From assembly GCF_001194135.2 (NCBI RefSeq), contig NC_068988.1:42139644-42203643 (forward strand): a stretch of DNA of 64,000 nucleotides, written 5' to 3'. The stretch is from Octopus bimaculoides (Eukaryota). The translations under genes were made by a program, and so were the position numbers. Of the stretch, positions 26,346 through 40,385 are shown piece by piece (position 1 is the first letter of the stretch; each line of letters starts with the position of its first letter). The notes beneath the pieces were generated by a model, which was given only the letters and a program-made list of their open reading frames with translations, was not told where the DNA came from and made no database searches.

Positions 26346-26599
26346 GAGGCGCAATGGCCCAGTGGTTAGAAATCTGAAATGAAAAGGACCGCAAAAATAT
26401 AGAAATTCAAAATATAAACAAGGAAATCTTGCGTTCCTTCTTTGATAGAATGACATCATCAGTTTTCAATTTTGTAACTAGTAAAAGGAAAAAGAAATAA
26501 TAAAGAAAAAGAAAAAAGGAAAACAGAAAAAAAGAACAAAGGAAAAAGAATATTTAGTCGAACAGTTTTGAGTAAATGTGATGAAATTCACCGCTCATT

Positions 26600-27200
26600 T
26601 TAGTCATTCCTTCAAGGCGTGATGTTAGTTATTTACAAATATATTTGTCCACATGCATTTTGAGGACTGAATGCGTAGTAGATTCAGAATATCTTCTGAG
26701 AATGTGCACTTTTGAACTACTGCTATTGTACCTGACGTCATACCTGTGCCACTGAATCTTTCATTTAATTGTTCTGTTGTACAACCAACATAAACTAAGT
26801 TGTCTTTGGTGCATTCTGCTGCATACACCAAATGGTAATCTTTACACGTCCCACCTTCCGTATAAATCATAACATTTCTGTTATGATTTGTGATGGAATT
26901 GACTAGACTCATGTTGTTGCACAATGAAAAGGGCTTAACGCTCTTGCAGCTGTTTTTCAAGGTGCAGCGTTCAGAAATTCCAATGGTGGTTTTCTTGGTG
27001 TTAGAGGTAGTAGTTAATATTTCTCTTTTATTTTTATTGCGTCTAAAGGTTACACTAGGTGGCTGAGGGAATATTTGTTTCAAACAAAGGATTCCAATTA
27101 ATGAGAATTAAGCTTTCGCAGAAAGTTTTTTGTAGTATTTGAAACTTTGCACAAGTTTAAAAAAATTCAATTATCAGGTTGACAGTGTTTTTCTTACCAT
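26600..27200 (-). pseudogene. Penelope-like element GIY-YIG endonuclease remnant
   Basis: ORF 26625-27083: PPSVTFRRNKN.REIL...GGTCKDYHLVYAAECTKDNLVYVGCTTEQLNERF (VIY-YVG form of GIY-YIG with a CCHC-type linker). Confidence 0.8.
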
Positions 27201-27269
27201 GTAAATAGCACCCACGTGAACAATTTCTTGTAGTGCTGATATTTGGGGCTTTTCTGGTATTTCACCATA

Positions 27270-27545
27270 GTGTTTAAGAGTACCATTTGATATTATTCCA
27301 AAACTCTGATAATCACAGGTACAATTGTCGTTCTTAAATACCACATTTTAACACCTCTATTTCAAGGTCCCTTTATTAACTTAACTTCTCAAATGTTTTC
27401 ACAAATGTGTTCACAGTCTGCTGATATTGACATATCTATGAGCAACATTTTTGTCAATATGATCTTTCGCCACAATATCTTGCCTGTTTCCTAGAATAGC
27501 TCGATCAGTTTCAATGCACAAACACATCAGTAGTCAAGGTGTCAG
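27270..27545 (-). pseudogene. R4/Dong-like RLE endonuclease remnant
   Basis: TDRAILGNRQDIV...LLIDMSI...KDLEIEV...LRTTIVPVII across frameshifts. Confidence 0.65.
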
Positions 27546-28231
27546 TTCCTAGCTCAATATCATTACATGTTTAGTATAGTCTAACAGAACGGCTAGAGTG
27601 ATCAAAGAACACTCAGCGAAATCAAATAAAAACAAATAGATATACCTGAACGAATATTGATTTCTATCTTGATCAAAAGATCACAAATTTTGGAAGAAAT
27701 GGAGTAGACTAATCTGATTATAATCACAGCGGTTTTAGCAGCAATATATGCCTTCAAGCAAATCAGAGCACTAGCCTCTATAGTATTTATTTCTTGATAG
27801 CAAGTCACGTCATATATAGATCAGGATTGGACCCTTAGACTCGTGAGACACCTGGACAACTGTCAAGTGTGTCTAGGCATTTAGACGGCACTAATTACTG
27901 TTTTTGACTAGCATCTTATTTTGCAGACCCCAAACAGGGGGAAGGATATCTCTACTTTGATGGAATTTGAACAAATATCACAAAGAGATGCCATTAAATA
28001 ACTGAAAGGCATTTAGTCCGCCACTCTTCCGAGGCTGCACATCTACACAACTTTACTATTACTAATATCAAAAAGAAAAAAAATCTATTTAATTCTCAGA
28101 AAACAGAAACAATCGACTAAGGAACACAGGCTAAAGCAAAGACGATCAGTTTCATATATATATTATGTGTGTCTGTATGCATATATACACATATGCATAT
28201 ATACACATATATACATAGACATATTTATATA

Positions 28232-28301
<70 letters not shown>

Positions 28302-29553
28302 TATATACATATCTATATATATGTATGTATATATCTATGTATGTACATGTGTATGCATGCATGTATTTATGTGTATATGCGTGTATGTATGTATGCATTT
28401 AGATGGGCAAATAAGGCCCCAGTACATTTAGTTGAGTTTATTCATTTATTTGAAGCTGAGACAGTATTAGCAACGAAAGTATGTTTGTATCTGCGCGCGT
28501 GTGTGTATATGTGTGTGTGTGTGTGTGCATGTGTGTATAAATATATGCACACTCACATAAACACGTAGACGCGCGCGCACATATCTATGTGTGCGTGTGC
28601 GTGTGTGTGGTGTGTATGACGAATAGATAAACCCCACTGCTAGTATTGATTACTCTTGCTCGAATTTGTGTACCCAGACATATATATATATATANNNNNN
28701 NNNNNNNNNNNNNNNNNNNNNNNNNNNNNNNNNNNNNNNNNNNNNNNNNNNNNNNNNNNNNNNNNNNNNNNNNNNNNNNNNNNNNNNNNNNNNNNNNNNN
28801 NNNNNNNNNNNNNNNNNNNNNNNNNNNNNNNNNNNNNNNNNNNNNNNNNNNNNNNNNNNNNNNNNNNNNNNNNNNNNNNNNNNNNNNNNNNNNNNNNNNN
28901 NNNNNNNNNNNNNNNNNNNNNNNNNNNNNNNNNNNNNNNNNNNNNNNNNNNNNNNNNNNNNNNNNNNNNNNNNNNNNNNNNNNNNNNNNNNNNNNNNNNN
29001 NNNNNNNNNNNNNNNNNNNNNNNNNNNNNNNNNNNNNNNNNNNNNNNNNNNNNNNNNNNNNNNNNNNNNNNNNNNNNNNNNNNNNNNNNNNNNNNNNNNN
29101 NNNNNNNNNNNNNNNNNNNNNNNNNNNNNNNNNNNNNTATATATATATATATATATATATGTATTATATACATACATACACACACAGAGACGGAGTAAAC
29201 GTGAAAGTGAAATTGAGAGTGAAAGTGAGAGATGAACGTTATATAGGAAGAGAGGTGATGAGGTAGAGGAATAGAGAAATGAAGAGAGAGGGGGAGTGAG
29301 TTTTCTGCAATCAAAGCTCTTCGACTCGTAAATCAATATCATTACTCATTTTGGCTAACATCACAGAACAGCTCGAGGGATCAAAGAATGCTGAACCAAA
29401 ACAAATACAGAAGATGCAAAAAATAATAAAGCATGATAAACACGTATTACGAAAAGAAATATGAGGAAACGATGTGAACTGATGAGATGAAAGGAATCTG
29501 TTGATTGGATAATCCAAGAGACCAGAGGAGGTGGGGGTAAATCATATATAGTA

Positions 29554-29591
<38 letters not shown>

Positions 29592-29908
29592 ATGTATGTA
29601 TGTATGTATGTATGTATGTGTGAGATATGAGAAATGAACGTGTAATGAATAACTCAAGATATATATACAGAAGTAAGCATTGACAAAATTCTGAAAACTT
29701 ATATACGTTAAATATCGCTTATTTTGATTACTTTCAGAACGAAACCTTAATTCTGGTGACAATAAGTGTTTAATAATAATATTCGTGATAATAAAGATCA
29801 GCCTATTACTGTATATTTCATTGTTTGTCTCTTTTTAATTTCCAGTATATTTCATGTAGGACCCATGCTACACAGTGATATACGAGTTACTGTTGCTGCT
29901 GTTACTAC

Positions 29909-29947
<39 letters not shown>

Positions 29948-30211
29948 GCCCCATGTCAACCATGTTCAAGCTTTGCTGTTATAACTATACCGTTTTTGTT
30001 TTGGGTTTTTCTTTTTTTGTTTTTCTTTTTTTTTTTGTTTTGTTTCTGTTATTGTTTTCCTCTGACGATATGTTTTCTAGTAACCACATTATCATGTGAA
30101 TTCTTCGTTCTTTAAGGCAATAGCGTACAGTTTGAAACAAGTTTGTCTGCCATACAAGTGTTGAGATGTGACAATTTCACTAGCGATTTGTTTATCTTTT
30201 TATCGCTCCGC

Positions 30212-30415
30212 AAGGCGTCGAGCTGGCAGAATCAGTAGAGCATCGAAAGAATACTTTGCTATATTTCTTCCGGTTAGCTAGATTCTGAACTCGAAATCTC
30301 ATACAGGTCAACTTTGCCTTTCATTCTTTCAGGGTTGGTAAAATAAAGTACCAGTCATATACTGGAATCGATTGTATCGACTTACCACTACCTTAAAATT
30401 GCTAGCTTGTTTCAA
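30212..30415 (+). mobile_element. Family A SINE
   Basis: AAGGCGTCGAGCTGGCAGAATC...ACTTTGCCTTTCATTCTTTCAGGGTTGGTAAAAT. Confidence 0.8.
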
Positions 30416-31399
30416 AAGCAGAAGCCATTTTTACCATTCCCTGCTATAGAAGCTTTTTAATAATTTATTTCTTTTGTTTTTGAGATCTTTTTGTTGTTGT
30501 TGCTTTTTTGAGGGGTGGTATTTTTGCTGTGTTTTTTTTTTTTTCTTTTATAAATTGACTGAGATCACAGGAGTTGAAATAATTTTCAGTTATTTTTCAA
30601 GCAACGAAACATGACTGTTGACGATACTATTGAGCTGTTGAACTGTTGACGTTGCTAAATCGTGACTGTTGAAACATGATAATCGAAACATGACTGTTGA
30701 CGATGCTAAATCCCAGAAGCAGTTTTGAATGAGCAGGTCTATAATCAAAGCCTTTCCAATCGAAATTATCCTGTCTTGATATATAAAAACATCAATACCC
30801 AGTTTTTTGTTTGTGAATACACTAGAGTGTGATTTATCTGCTATTTCTAGTTTTGTTCCAATGAGCACTTGAAGGCTCCCTCATTGACGAAAGGCTGATC
30901 AACTGAAAAGTAGTTTAAGTTTGAGTAGAATCGGTGAGTGTACGTGTGTGTGTGNNNNNNNNNNNNNNNNNNNNNNNNNNNNNNNNNNNNNNNNNNNNNN
31001 NNNNNNNNNNNNNNNNNNNNNNNNNNNNNNNNNNNNNNNNNNNNNNNNNNNNNNNNNNNNNNNNNNNNNNNNNNNNNNNNNNNNNNNNNNNNNNNNNNNN
31101 NNNNNNNNNNNNNNNNNNNNNNNNNNNNNNNNNNNNNNNNNNNNNNNNNNNNNNNNNNNNNNNNNNNNNNNNNNNNNNNNNNNNNNNNNNNNNNNNNNNN
31201 NNNNNNNNNNNNNNNNNNNNNNNNNNNNNNNNNNNNNNNNNNNATGTCGTCGACCTGAAAGCAATCAGTTTCCCTCAAAGGGAAAATGATAAGTAAGAAG
31301 TAAAAACGACTTTTTAAGACATCTTATGTCCCATTCTTTCACAAAATGTCGTTATATCATAATTCACTGAGGTTTTCATCTCTGTGATTCTTAATTTTT

Positions 31400-32400
31400 T
31401 TTTTTTTTTTGCAACTTCAGTAAAAAAAATGTCCAGACTCGTGGGTTTGTTTCATTTAGTTTCGAAGGAATGGTAGGTTGCAGATGACACTATAGATCTG
31501 TGGTTGAGTTAAATCTCCAGCTTCTAACTTTGTATCTGTTAGTACTTCATTGTATTTCTCCTTTAAATATTGAAGACTACTAGCCTGATGCAGTAAGGCA
31601 GTTTTTAAGATTCACTTTATTGAAGTTTCCATTCTTAAAAATCGCCGTTGCAGCCAATCTCTTACACAAAGCCTCTGCTATCGTGACAGAAGCAATCATT
31701 TTTCTCCTGTAAGTAAAATTATGAATATACCAAATGACGATGGCGAAAATAAGAAAGAATGATGTTAGTCTGAAGAATATTCCACTCTTGAACTCTGGAA
31801 CCAAGTAATTCTAACTTTTTCCGTTTCTTAATTTGAAATCACTCACTAAGTCATTTAATTCGGCTTCACTAGGAAGATGAGAGGAACTATCTACATCTAA
31901 AGCATAAGAGTTTTCCTTCTTTGCTTCCATATCACTAACTGCATCATCAAAAGAACTATTGTCTGCGATTGTTGTTGATGGGTCTAGCAGTAGCTTTCCT
32001 TGTCATGTAGTACTGGTTTTTACTGATTGGCAGTTTGGGTAGTTGATCTTTGATTTATTTTTCTCTGTGAAAACTAAATATATGTCGCACAAAAATAATG
32101 ATTTGTGAGCTCTCACAAAATCATGACCACTGTGAATAGCACAGTTTTTCTTAAAACAAGTCGACCATGCTATTGTTATTGCATTGTACTGCACACAGCA
32201 AATATGTAAATCTCGGTCCCTTTCATGGGCTCCTGCCTTACTTCAAAATAATATTTGTAGTCAAGTTTCATCTTTTATATTGTCGCTGTTTCTTTGCTTC
32301 CACCGATCTATATTGTTCACAGACAAAACAAGTTGTTTGGTTAAATAACACGAACACATCTATTCGATGCCAATCTGAATTAGTAGACAAGATCTGAAAA
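31400..32400 (-). pseudogene. Chapaev3-like (CMC) DNA transposase remnant
   Basis: CFVCEQY...YKYYF...LHICC; KINYPN; EAELNDLVSD; ELLGSRVQEWNIL; CFCHD; LKTALLH; LQYLKEKY...TKLEAG..TQPQI, collinear with the recalled Chapaev3 transposase motifs; many stops and a deletion. Confidence 0.72.
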
Positions 32401-32849
32401 AATTAATTAGTATATTCACGTGGTATGTCTGCCTTGTCACGTGAAAAGAAGCAAGAATCTGTATTGATCTCAGTGTACATACAAAATAACTAGAATTTAA
32501 TTAGCGTCTGATTTACCACACAAGATCTGAAAAAGTATTTAAGACATGACCGACCTCTCACTTCTAAAACAAGTACGACTACGTATTGATCTTAATGTAT
32601 GCACAAAACAACAAGAATTTAATTTCACAGAATCTGAATTTGATGGGAAAATAATTCTAAATAGAGATTTAAAATCAGCACAACAAAATTATCACAAAAC
32701 ACCTATTTGTTTTCCTGTAAGATAAATCTTTGTTACCTAATATTATAGATACAAATGCAAATAAGCAGTCTAGGATGAGAATCTGAGTAGTAGGCTTTGA
32801 GGTAACTGTCGGTAAATATTCTCTTTTTTATTGATTCTGAAATAAATGT

Positions 32850-34050
32850 ACATATCTACTGGGCAATTGATCTCTCTAATTGTACATACATTTTTTTCTG
32901 TTCCAAATAACTATTTCAAGTTTGCGACGTTTGCATTTGGCTGAAGTTTTGATGAGAATATCCCACTCTAATAATATGCCTTGTACTGAAACGTATGTAT
33001 GGGGCATCTGATATATTTTCTCTATTTAGTTCAGTTGAGTCTTTGCTTTGTATATTATTTTCGTTGTAACATCATGACGCATTATGCCTAAATGATATAT
33101 TTTGAGATCAGTTTCTGGTGATACGGGTAACACCTTCCACAGAAATGTGACAAAATTTATATTTCCGATCACATCTTGCACTTTGAATTCTTCGTTGTCC
33201 TTTTCCTCAAGCATGTATTTTGTAGTTATCTATGGTTCTTGGATTGCATAGCTTGGAAAGCATAGCTTTCAGGATGTTACATTATAGTGGTCAAGAGTTC
33301 TAGGGAGTCTACATACACTTCCTGTTGATATCATCCCCTACTTTACGAAAAACATATCCATATGTAGTCCACATTGAATATCATCGAGATCTGAGTATCT
33401 TTTGAGGAGTCCCATGATGGTCATAAGGGGTTGTTCCCTTCACTTTTGAGCACTTGGTTAATCTATTTGTTTTTTTTTTGTTTTTTGTGCTGTTGTTTAG
33501 CAGATACTGTCTGAGTGACCTGGATTGATTTAAACTTTTATTTTAATGTCTATGAAAAAAATTCCCTCTAACGACGAACCAAATATTGAAAACATTAGTA
33601 GCAATATTGGCACTGCAAATACATTGTGGAATATTGCCTTGTAATCTCCAACTGCCAAATTGTTTTAAGTCTAGTATAACATTCAATAGTCAGCCTATCA
33701 TCCTATGCAACGCTTTTATATGACATATATTTTATAGTACACAGTGTGAAACACAGAAGATAGAGAGACTATTGATATAAAAGTCTGGGAAGCATCTTAT
33801 TTCTCTCTCTCTGCGTTCAAATAACAAATATGACCATCTCTTTCAGCCAAATTCTATTCCTATAAAAACTGAAAATGTTGATACTAAATCCAGCTGCTTT
33901 TTAGAATTGTACATAGTCTAGTACAGATCTTTAGGACGTCCGTGAAGATATCATGGATTACATTAATGTCTCTTGTGAGTTTTATGCAAGAGATTTTACA
34001 TTAAATTCGAATAGCTTTGTTGATTAAAATTTTTTCGGCACATTCACACA
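32850..34050 (-). mobile_element. Degenerate R4-like LINE fragment (RT to RLE)
   Basis: IFTDVLKI (=FVDDLKL)...LKKQLDLVSTFS..IGIEFG; RCDRK..FCH; MRHDV; WDILIKTSAKCK...IVIWNRKK. Confidence 0.7.
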
Positions 34051-34602
34051 TTTTTTCTACCTGCCTCATTGTTAACCACTACTCTGATGCATAAGGTTGT
34101 CAAAGAAGTTCGTTCGGTTTTTTGGTGGGTGGGGTTTTCCATTTATTTTAATCTTTTCCAATATTTTTTGAATTAGCACGAAAAATATTTTTATTGCAGT
34201 GTTTTATATTCTTTTGTAGCGCTATTCTTCATCTACAGCTTTCATTTATGAAACTTAAATAAATTTTACCTCTTTACAGACATAAGACGATGGTGTGCTA
34301 AGAAGGAAAAAAAACGGACGAATTTATCTGAGAACCCAAAACGTGCCGGTATCTTGGGAGAATTGATTAAAAGAACTTACAAAGTTTATACATAATGCTT
34401 AACCAAGCAATAGGTCTAAAGTTTTCTGCCAAGTCATTGTTTTCGTTCTTGTCTACAAGATTTGTCCGTGCTTTGGCAAGGCAAAATAACTTTGTCAATC
34501 TGGCATTCTGTAGCTGTTTAAATATTCATGTAGTGACTTCCTGTACAACGTCAACGTCTTGACCCAGTATACAACTATTAGATCTTTCATTATTGGTATG
34601 TA

Positions 34603-34820
34603 CGAGGGGGTGCTGAAAAGTTCCTGGCTTTAAAGGTATTGCGACAAGTCTGGTTGGAGGCCCAAGCTTCTGGATTCTTTTTACAGGGCTTAGAAAAACT
34701 GAAGGACCGCTGCAATAAGTGTGTGAATCAGAGAGGGAAGTATGTTGAATAAAATCATAATTAACTGATCCTCCTATATTTTCTTTTACCCAAAGCCAGG
34801 ACCTTCTTAGCATCCCTTCG
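34603..34820 (+). mobile_element. Mariner-derived MITE (copy 2)
   Basis: TA-CGAGGGGGTGCTGAAAAGTTCCTGGCTTT...AAAGCCAGGA..TT..AGCATCCCTTCG; interior GLEKLKDRCNKCVNQRGKYVE*. Confidence 0.85.
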
Positions 34821-34878
34821 AAAATATATATGCATATATGTTTGAGTATATATGCTTGTGTGTGCATGTGTGTATGTT

Positions 34879-34978
<100 letters not shown>

Positions 34979-35526
34979 TGTGTCTGGGTGTCTGTGTGTC
35001 TGTGTGTGTCTGTGTCTATGTCTGTATCTGTATGTTAAGCTGAAAAATACATCGAGAAGTTTCAAAAGCTTTAATATATTTTGCCTACTTTTATATTTAT
35101 TCAAGATACCACTATGTATGTGTATGTATAGATGTAGGTACGGGCGTATGTATGTATGTACATGTGTATGTAAGTGTATATGAAAGTAAGTGTCATGTAT
35201 GTATGTATGTATGTATGCATGCATGCATGAACCTTCATGGTTCAACGGAAAGGAAGGCGACAGCAGTAATAGACTGTCTGGTGCACAGAGCAAGATGAAG
35301 CAAGCAAGACATTTTGGTCATCCACAGAATCCGTCTCAATCTCCAGTCGTCTTGATCTGGTCTTGCCACTGGATCGAAGAGGATTACGGACGAGAGAATG
35401 AGGTTGATAGTGCGCAACTCTTCTTCATTTTAAACAAAATTACTTCACAAGCCATCAGTCATACTTAGGAGTAATTAGATGATCCTCGTCGTCGCTCCGA
35501 AAGAGGAACATGAATATGTCAGAACG

Positions 35527-35803
35527 AAATGGATGGATGGATGGATGGATGGATAGATGGACGGACGCACGGACGCACGGACGCATGGATGGATGGATGG
35601 ACGGACGGACGGACGGACGGACGGACGGACGGACGAACGCACGGACGGACACACAGACGGACGCACGGGCGGACACACAGACGGACGCACGGATGCACGG
35701 ATGCATGGACGCACGGATGCACGGATGCACGGACGCATGGATGCACGGACGCATGGATGGATGGATGGATAGATGGATGGATGGATGGATGGATGGATGG
35801 GTG
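35527..35803. repeat. Compound tetra/octanucleotide satellite (GGAT, GGAC, GCACGGAT/GCATGGAC)
   Basis: Direct reading; followed by a tRNA-like SINE head at ~35800-35890. Confidence 0.9.
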
Positions 35804-36659
35804 GATGGCTGAGTGGTTAAGAAGTTCGCATAGTGAATTATGAAATCCCGAGTTCGATCTTTCTGTGAGGCATTTTGAATAAGAGTCTTTTAATGTATAT
35901 ACTCAGTTGTCAGGCTGAAATACATCTGGTATTCTCGCTAGCTGCTGGCGGGACGACTTTTCGTTACCCTCCGGTATATATATCATCGTTTTAAACATAC
36001 CATGTCCACAAGAGATTTGATCTCAGACGAAAACCGCAGTAACTTGCCTATCAAAGGTGTATTTACCTTAAGTATGATACTATATCTACCTCTGTGAGTC
36101 CTCTGTGTTATTTTGTCTCGGGTCATCTCTGATATCAGACAATCAAAATTATTCCAACAATGACTCTCCTTCATATTTTCAGACAGTATATATCTAGAAT
36201 TACATCTAATGCATCCTTTTTAAAAATACTGTAAGAAGTGATTTGAAGTAGATTCTGTAGTAGCCCGAGCAAGCACCTTTGCTGTTGCTGATGCTGATGG
36301 TACTAATGGTGTTACTGGTGATCATTCTAGCAGTTACCGTCATCGTCGTTGTGGTAGTGTTGCTGCTGCGGCTGCTGTTATTGCTTGTGGTCGTGATGCT
36401 TAGTCTTGAGCAATCCCTGTTCAGGTAGATCTGTCACCAAAGTCTGTCCCAATTGTGATCCTCCCATCACATTATTCTGTGTACACTTCTTTTTTCAACG
36501 CAGTAGGATTTTAAGGATATTCGAGTGCTATTTCTAATAGGTCTAGTGACCACATAGACGCTAACTAACCATGGTTTATTCCTCCGTGTTTCCTTTTTAC
36601 AGCAAGGTGAGATGAACAAGTTAAGTGCAACGTGTCTAAAGACCATTCTTCAACAGTGG

Positions 36660-37130
36660 TAATGGTAGGTGGTCCATCGATGTCTGATGACGGCAATAAA
36701 GTCTCTGTTCTCAGCGATGAGAGCGCATGTGACTCCGCAGTCCAAAGCTGGAAGCACACAGGCGCCTACAGATGTCACAGCGATAGTCTGCTGACTGGAT
36801 TGAGGCGGATGCTCCTCTGTGACGTCTTTCTCTTGCAGCATCGGGACGTTGTCACCGGTCCTCTTTGAAGGCAGCTGCTGATCGTGAGGTGAGAGATTTC
36901 CACGTTGATCTGTCTGCAGCAGAAGCTTCGAGTTCGCGTGGTCTAATGCCGCTCCATTTGAGGTTACTCTTCAGAGTGCCTTTGTACTTCAGTTTACATC
37001 TTCCTCGTTTGTGTGATCCCTGTGTGAGCTCACCGTACAACAGCGGTCTGGGTACATGGTCGTCAGTCATTTACCGTTTAGTCCCATTCACACTTGTTCT
37101 TGTTGCTATGGCTTAAATGAAGATATTGGG
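36660..37130 (-). mobile_element. RTE-clade LINE 3' fragment with C-terminal C2H2-like finger
   Basis: MTDDHVPRPLLYGEL..G..KRGR.KLKYKGTLK...AADRSTWK...CDICRRLCASSFGLRSHMRSH*. Confidence 0.85.
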
Positions 37131-38232
37131 CAACCCGTATGACTTTCTGTGGGGGAAGGGGGTTATTTTAAAACCATAGACTTGGCCCTAATCTTCGCAG
37201 TCGAGTGTATTCCCCTAAGCGCTCCAAAGGGCTAGGTGGTAAACAGGGTGACAAATTAAGTCAATTATTCAACATCAGCAACAGTCACTCACACATGCTT
37301 CCCCACAGTTTCCGTTTACCAAATTTAATTTGCAAAGCGTGACTCGAGTGAGGCTAGAGTAAAAGACCAGGACCCCACCCAAGATGTTACGTTGAGGGAT
37401 CGAACCCGATACAGAATGTTTGCAAATGAGCTTCTTAACCGTATAGTCATGCCTCTGCAATTTTTACTTCCACACTAATGACAGTTATATTTAAAATAAT
37501 TAGTTTATTAAAATCTACTAAATTATATTGTATTTCACAAATTATTTCTTATTTTATAACGCTAATTACATTAATATTAATAAATCATATTTGAGAATGC
37601 TAAATTTTATCGAACCATTAATTTCTTCATTTTTGTCTTTTTTTTGTTTTTGTTGCTTAGTGTTTTGTTTAGGATTTTTGTTTCGTTTTTTTTTTAATGG
37701 TATTTTGTGTTTTCTATTTCATTCTGATTTTTTCAATTCGAACTTCATTATGTTACTTAATTATTTTTTATACTAATTTAACAAAATTATTAAATTGCTT
37801 TGTATTTGAGAAATTATTTTATATTTCATACTGCTAAATTTATAAATATTACAATACTAATTTAGTATTTACTAAATAATTAACACAACTCGAGTTATTT
37901 TGTATTTATGGGTGGACAGCGAAATCACTGGAGCTTTGGTCACAACTGATGTATGTGTGTGTACGTGTGTCTGTGTCTGTGTGTGCTCGCGCGCACGCAC
38001 ACACACACACACACATATGCACGTTTCTCTGTTTTTTTTTTGTTTTGTTTTTTCATTATTCGAAAAAAGTACGTTTTCTGTCTTCGTCTTTATGTTTTCG
38101 TTTCTCATTGTGTTTAACGTTTTTTTTTTCTTTTTGATGTCCTGTACCCATATATGCATGTATGTATACATATAGATGTAGGTATGTACTTATATGTATG
38201 GATATATGCATATATTTATATATTATTTATGT

Positions 38233-38264
<32 letters not shown>

Positions 38265-38599
38265 TACCGTGTTTAACATTTAAAAAGAAAAAGTCACAAG
38301 AAAAGGATTTGAACAGTATTCTCTTGTTTTCTTCAGAAAATTCAGACTTTCTTATGTCTCTATATTTCTATATTTCTATATAAATAAAGACAAAAAAGAT
38401 ACCTGAAATTTCTTCTCATTTATTTTTCTACTATAACTAATATATTTCACTGTGGTTCTAAAAATTCTTCTTATTATTATTATTATTTGTGTGTCGTGGT
38501 TTGTGATATATTATGTCCGTTGAGATCGGTTCCATCGATGCAGACTACGTTCATATTTAGTATTCAATACGTGATAAGAATGTAGAGTAACTTAATAAT

Positions 38600-38640
38600 G
38601 GCACTTGATAATGACCTGAGGTCGAAACGATCGTTATGTT
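38600..38640 (+). ncRNA. Hammerhead-like motif with U3-A8 core variant
   Basis: GGCAC-TTGATAA-T-GACC tga GGTC-GAAA-CGATCGT-T-ATGTT. Confidence 0.5.
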
Positions 38641-38652
38641 GGTTTTTGAGCG

Positions 38653-38712
<60 letters not shown>

Positions 38713-38718
38713 CATACA

Positions 38719-38750
<32 letters not shown>

Positions 38751-39014
38751 CACACATAGAGGGATGGATTGACATGCAGATAGACAGATATGTACATTTG
38801 TATGCATGTATGTATGTATATGTGTCTGTGACATGTATGTACGTACGTACGTATGTATTTGTGTGTATGTATATATATATATATATATATATATANNNNN
38901 NNNNNNNNNNNNNNNNNNNNNNNNNNNNNNNNNNNNNNNNNNNNNNNNNNNNNNNNNNNNCATACATACATACATACATACATACATACATACATACATG
39001 CATACATACATACA

Positions 39015-39048
<34 letters not shown>

Positions 39049-40204
39049 CATACATACATACATACATACGTAAGTACGTACGTACGTACGTACGTACATG
39101 CACACATATACATACACATATGTATGTATATTGAGAGGAGGGAGTGGAAGAAAAAGAGAAAGAGAAAAGTGAAGAAAAGCGAAATAAAAAAAAAATGGCG
39201 TCTTTGATTACGCCACACCGACCAACAAAAATATGACAGGGAATTTACTTCTGCAGAACGTTCTGCATATTAAATATAACTACAGTAGTCTTCCATGTGA
39301 AATACAGTGAGTTGAAAGACTTCGAATGGTTGTGATTTTCCACGTTTTGGAGATCTTTTTTTCTTTCTTTTTTCGCTTGAATTTTTGTTTTTCTTGTTTT
39401 TTGAGGGGTTTTTTTAAAGATAATATCAGGGAAGTTCTAAAAAGGTCGATGAACCTATGACATTGTTCTGTACAAACCATAAATTGATTTAGAAAATACA
39501 TTAACACTTTCATTTTTAAAAAAATAATAAACCTTCGACAAGTCATGCTTTTAATATATTCTATTGTGTATGAAATAATGTACATATTTTGTGTAGGTGC
39601 GTGGGTTTCTGTATGAATGCATGCACATATTCTTGTAGGTGTGCAGATTGATTGATAATTAAATGGATAGATATACGCCTATATACACACACATTGGTGC
39701 TACTTTAGGGTACTTTTTAGTTTACTTTTACTATTTTAATAATAAGAAAAAACATAAAGTAATCTCCCTTTAAATTGTAGATCACACGTTAAAGTGACAC
39801 CTTTTTTTTTCTTAAAAAATGATGTGAATTTAGCGCCGGTTTCTTGTAAAAATGCAACTGCTTTTGTCTCGTCGCTGATCACATTGTAAAAATCTTTAAC
39901 CAAGATCTTACGGGTTTTAGAAATTGAAGAGTAAACTGAAAAGTAACGTGAAGTAATCTCCCCTGTAGATCACGCGCCAAAGTAGCACCCACACATTTAT
40001 ACATAAATACTTATCGATATATTTTCATGCTATTTTAATCATTTCTTACATACATACCTATGTAGGCTAGAAAAATTTTAAGGTACGAGCAGTCGATTAT
40101 GTCGACCCTAGTTTTTCACTAGTTCCTATTTCATGGCCATCCAAAGATGAAAAATAAAACTGAAGCCTGCGGTATTGCATTCAGAGCATAGAGGACCCTA
40201 CATT

Positions 40205-40385
40205 CTGCAAGGAATGTTTAACAACATTTCTTCCGGGTTTTCACATTCTGACTTCAAATTCCACTGAGGTCGACTTTACCTTTCATTCTTTCAGGGTCGA
40301 AGAAACAAATACTAGTTGAACATAGGGTCTATATAATCGACTACCCGCCTCCTCCAAAATTCCAGGCTTCTTGTACTTACAGCAA
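40205..40385 (+). mobile_element. Family A SINE (degenerate minus copy adjacent at ~40075-40200)
   Basis: TCAAATTCCACTGAGGTCGACTTTACCTTTCATTCTTTCAGGGTCG. Confidence 0.8.
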
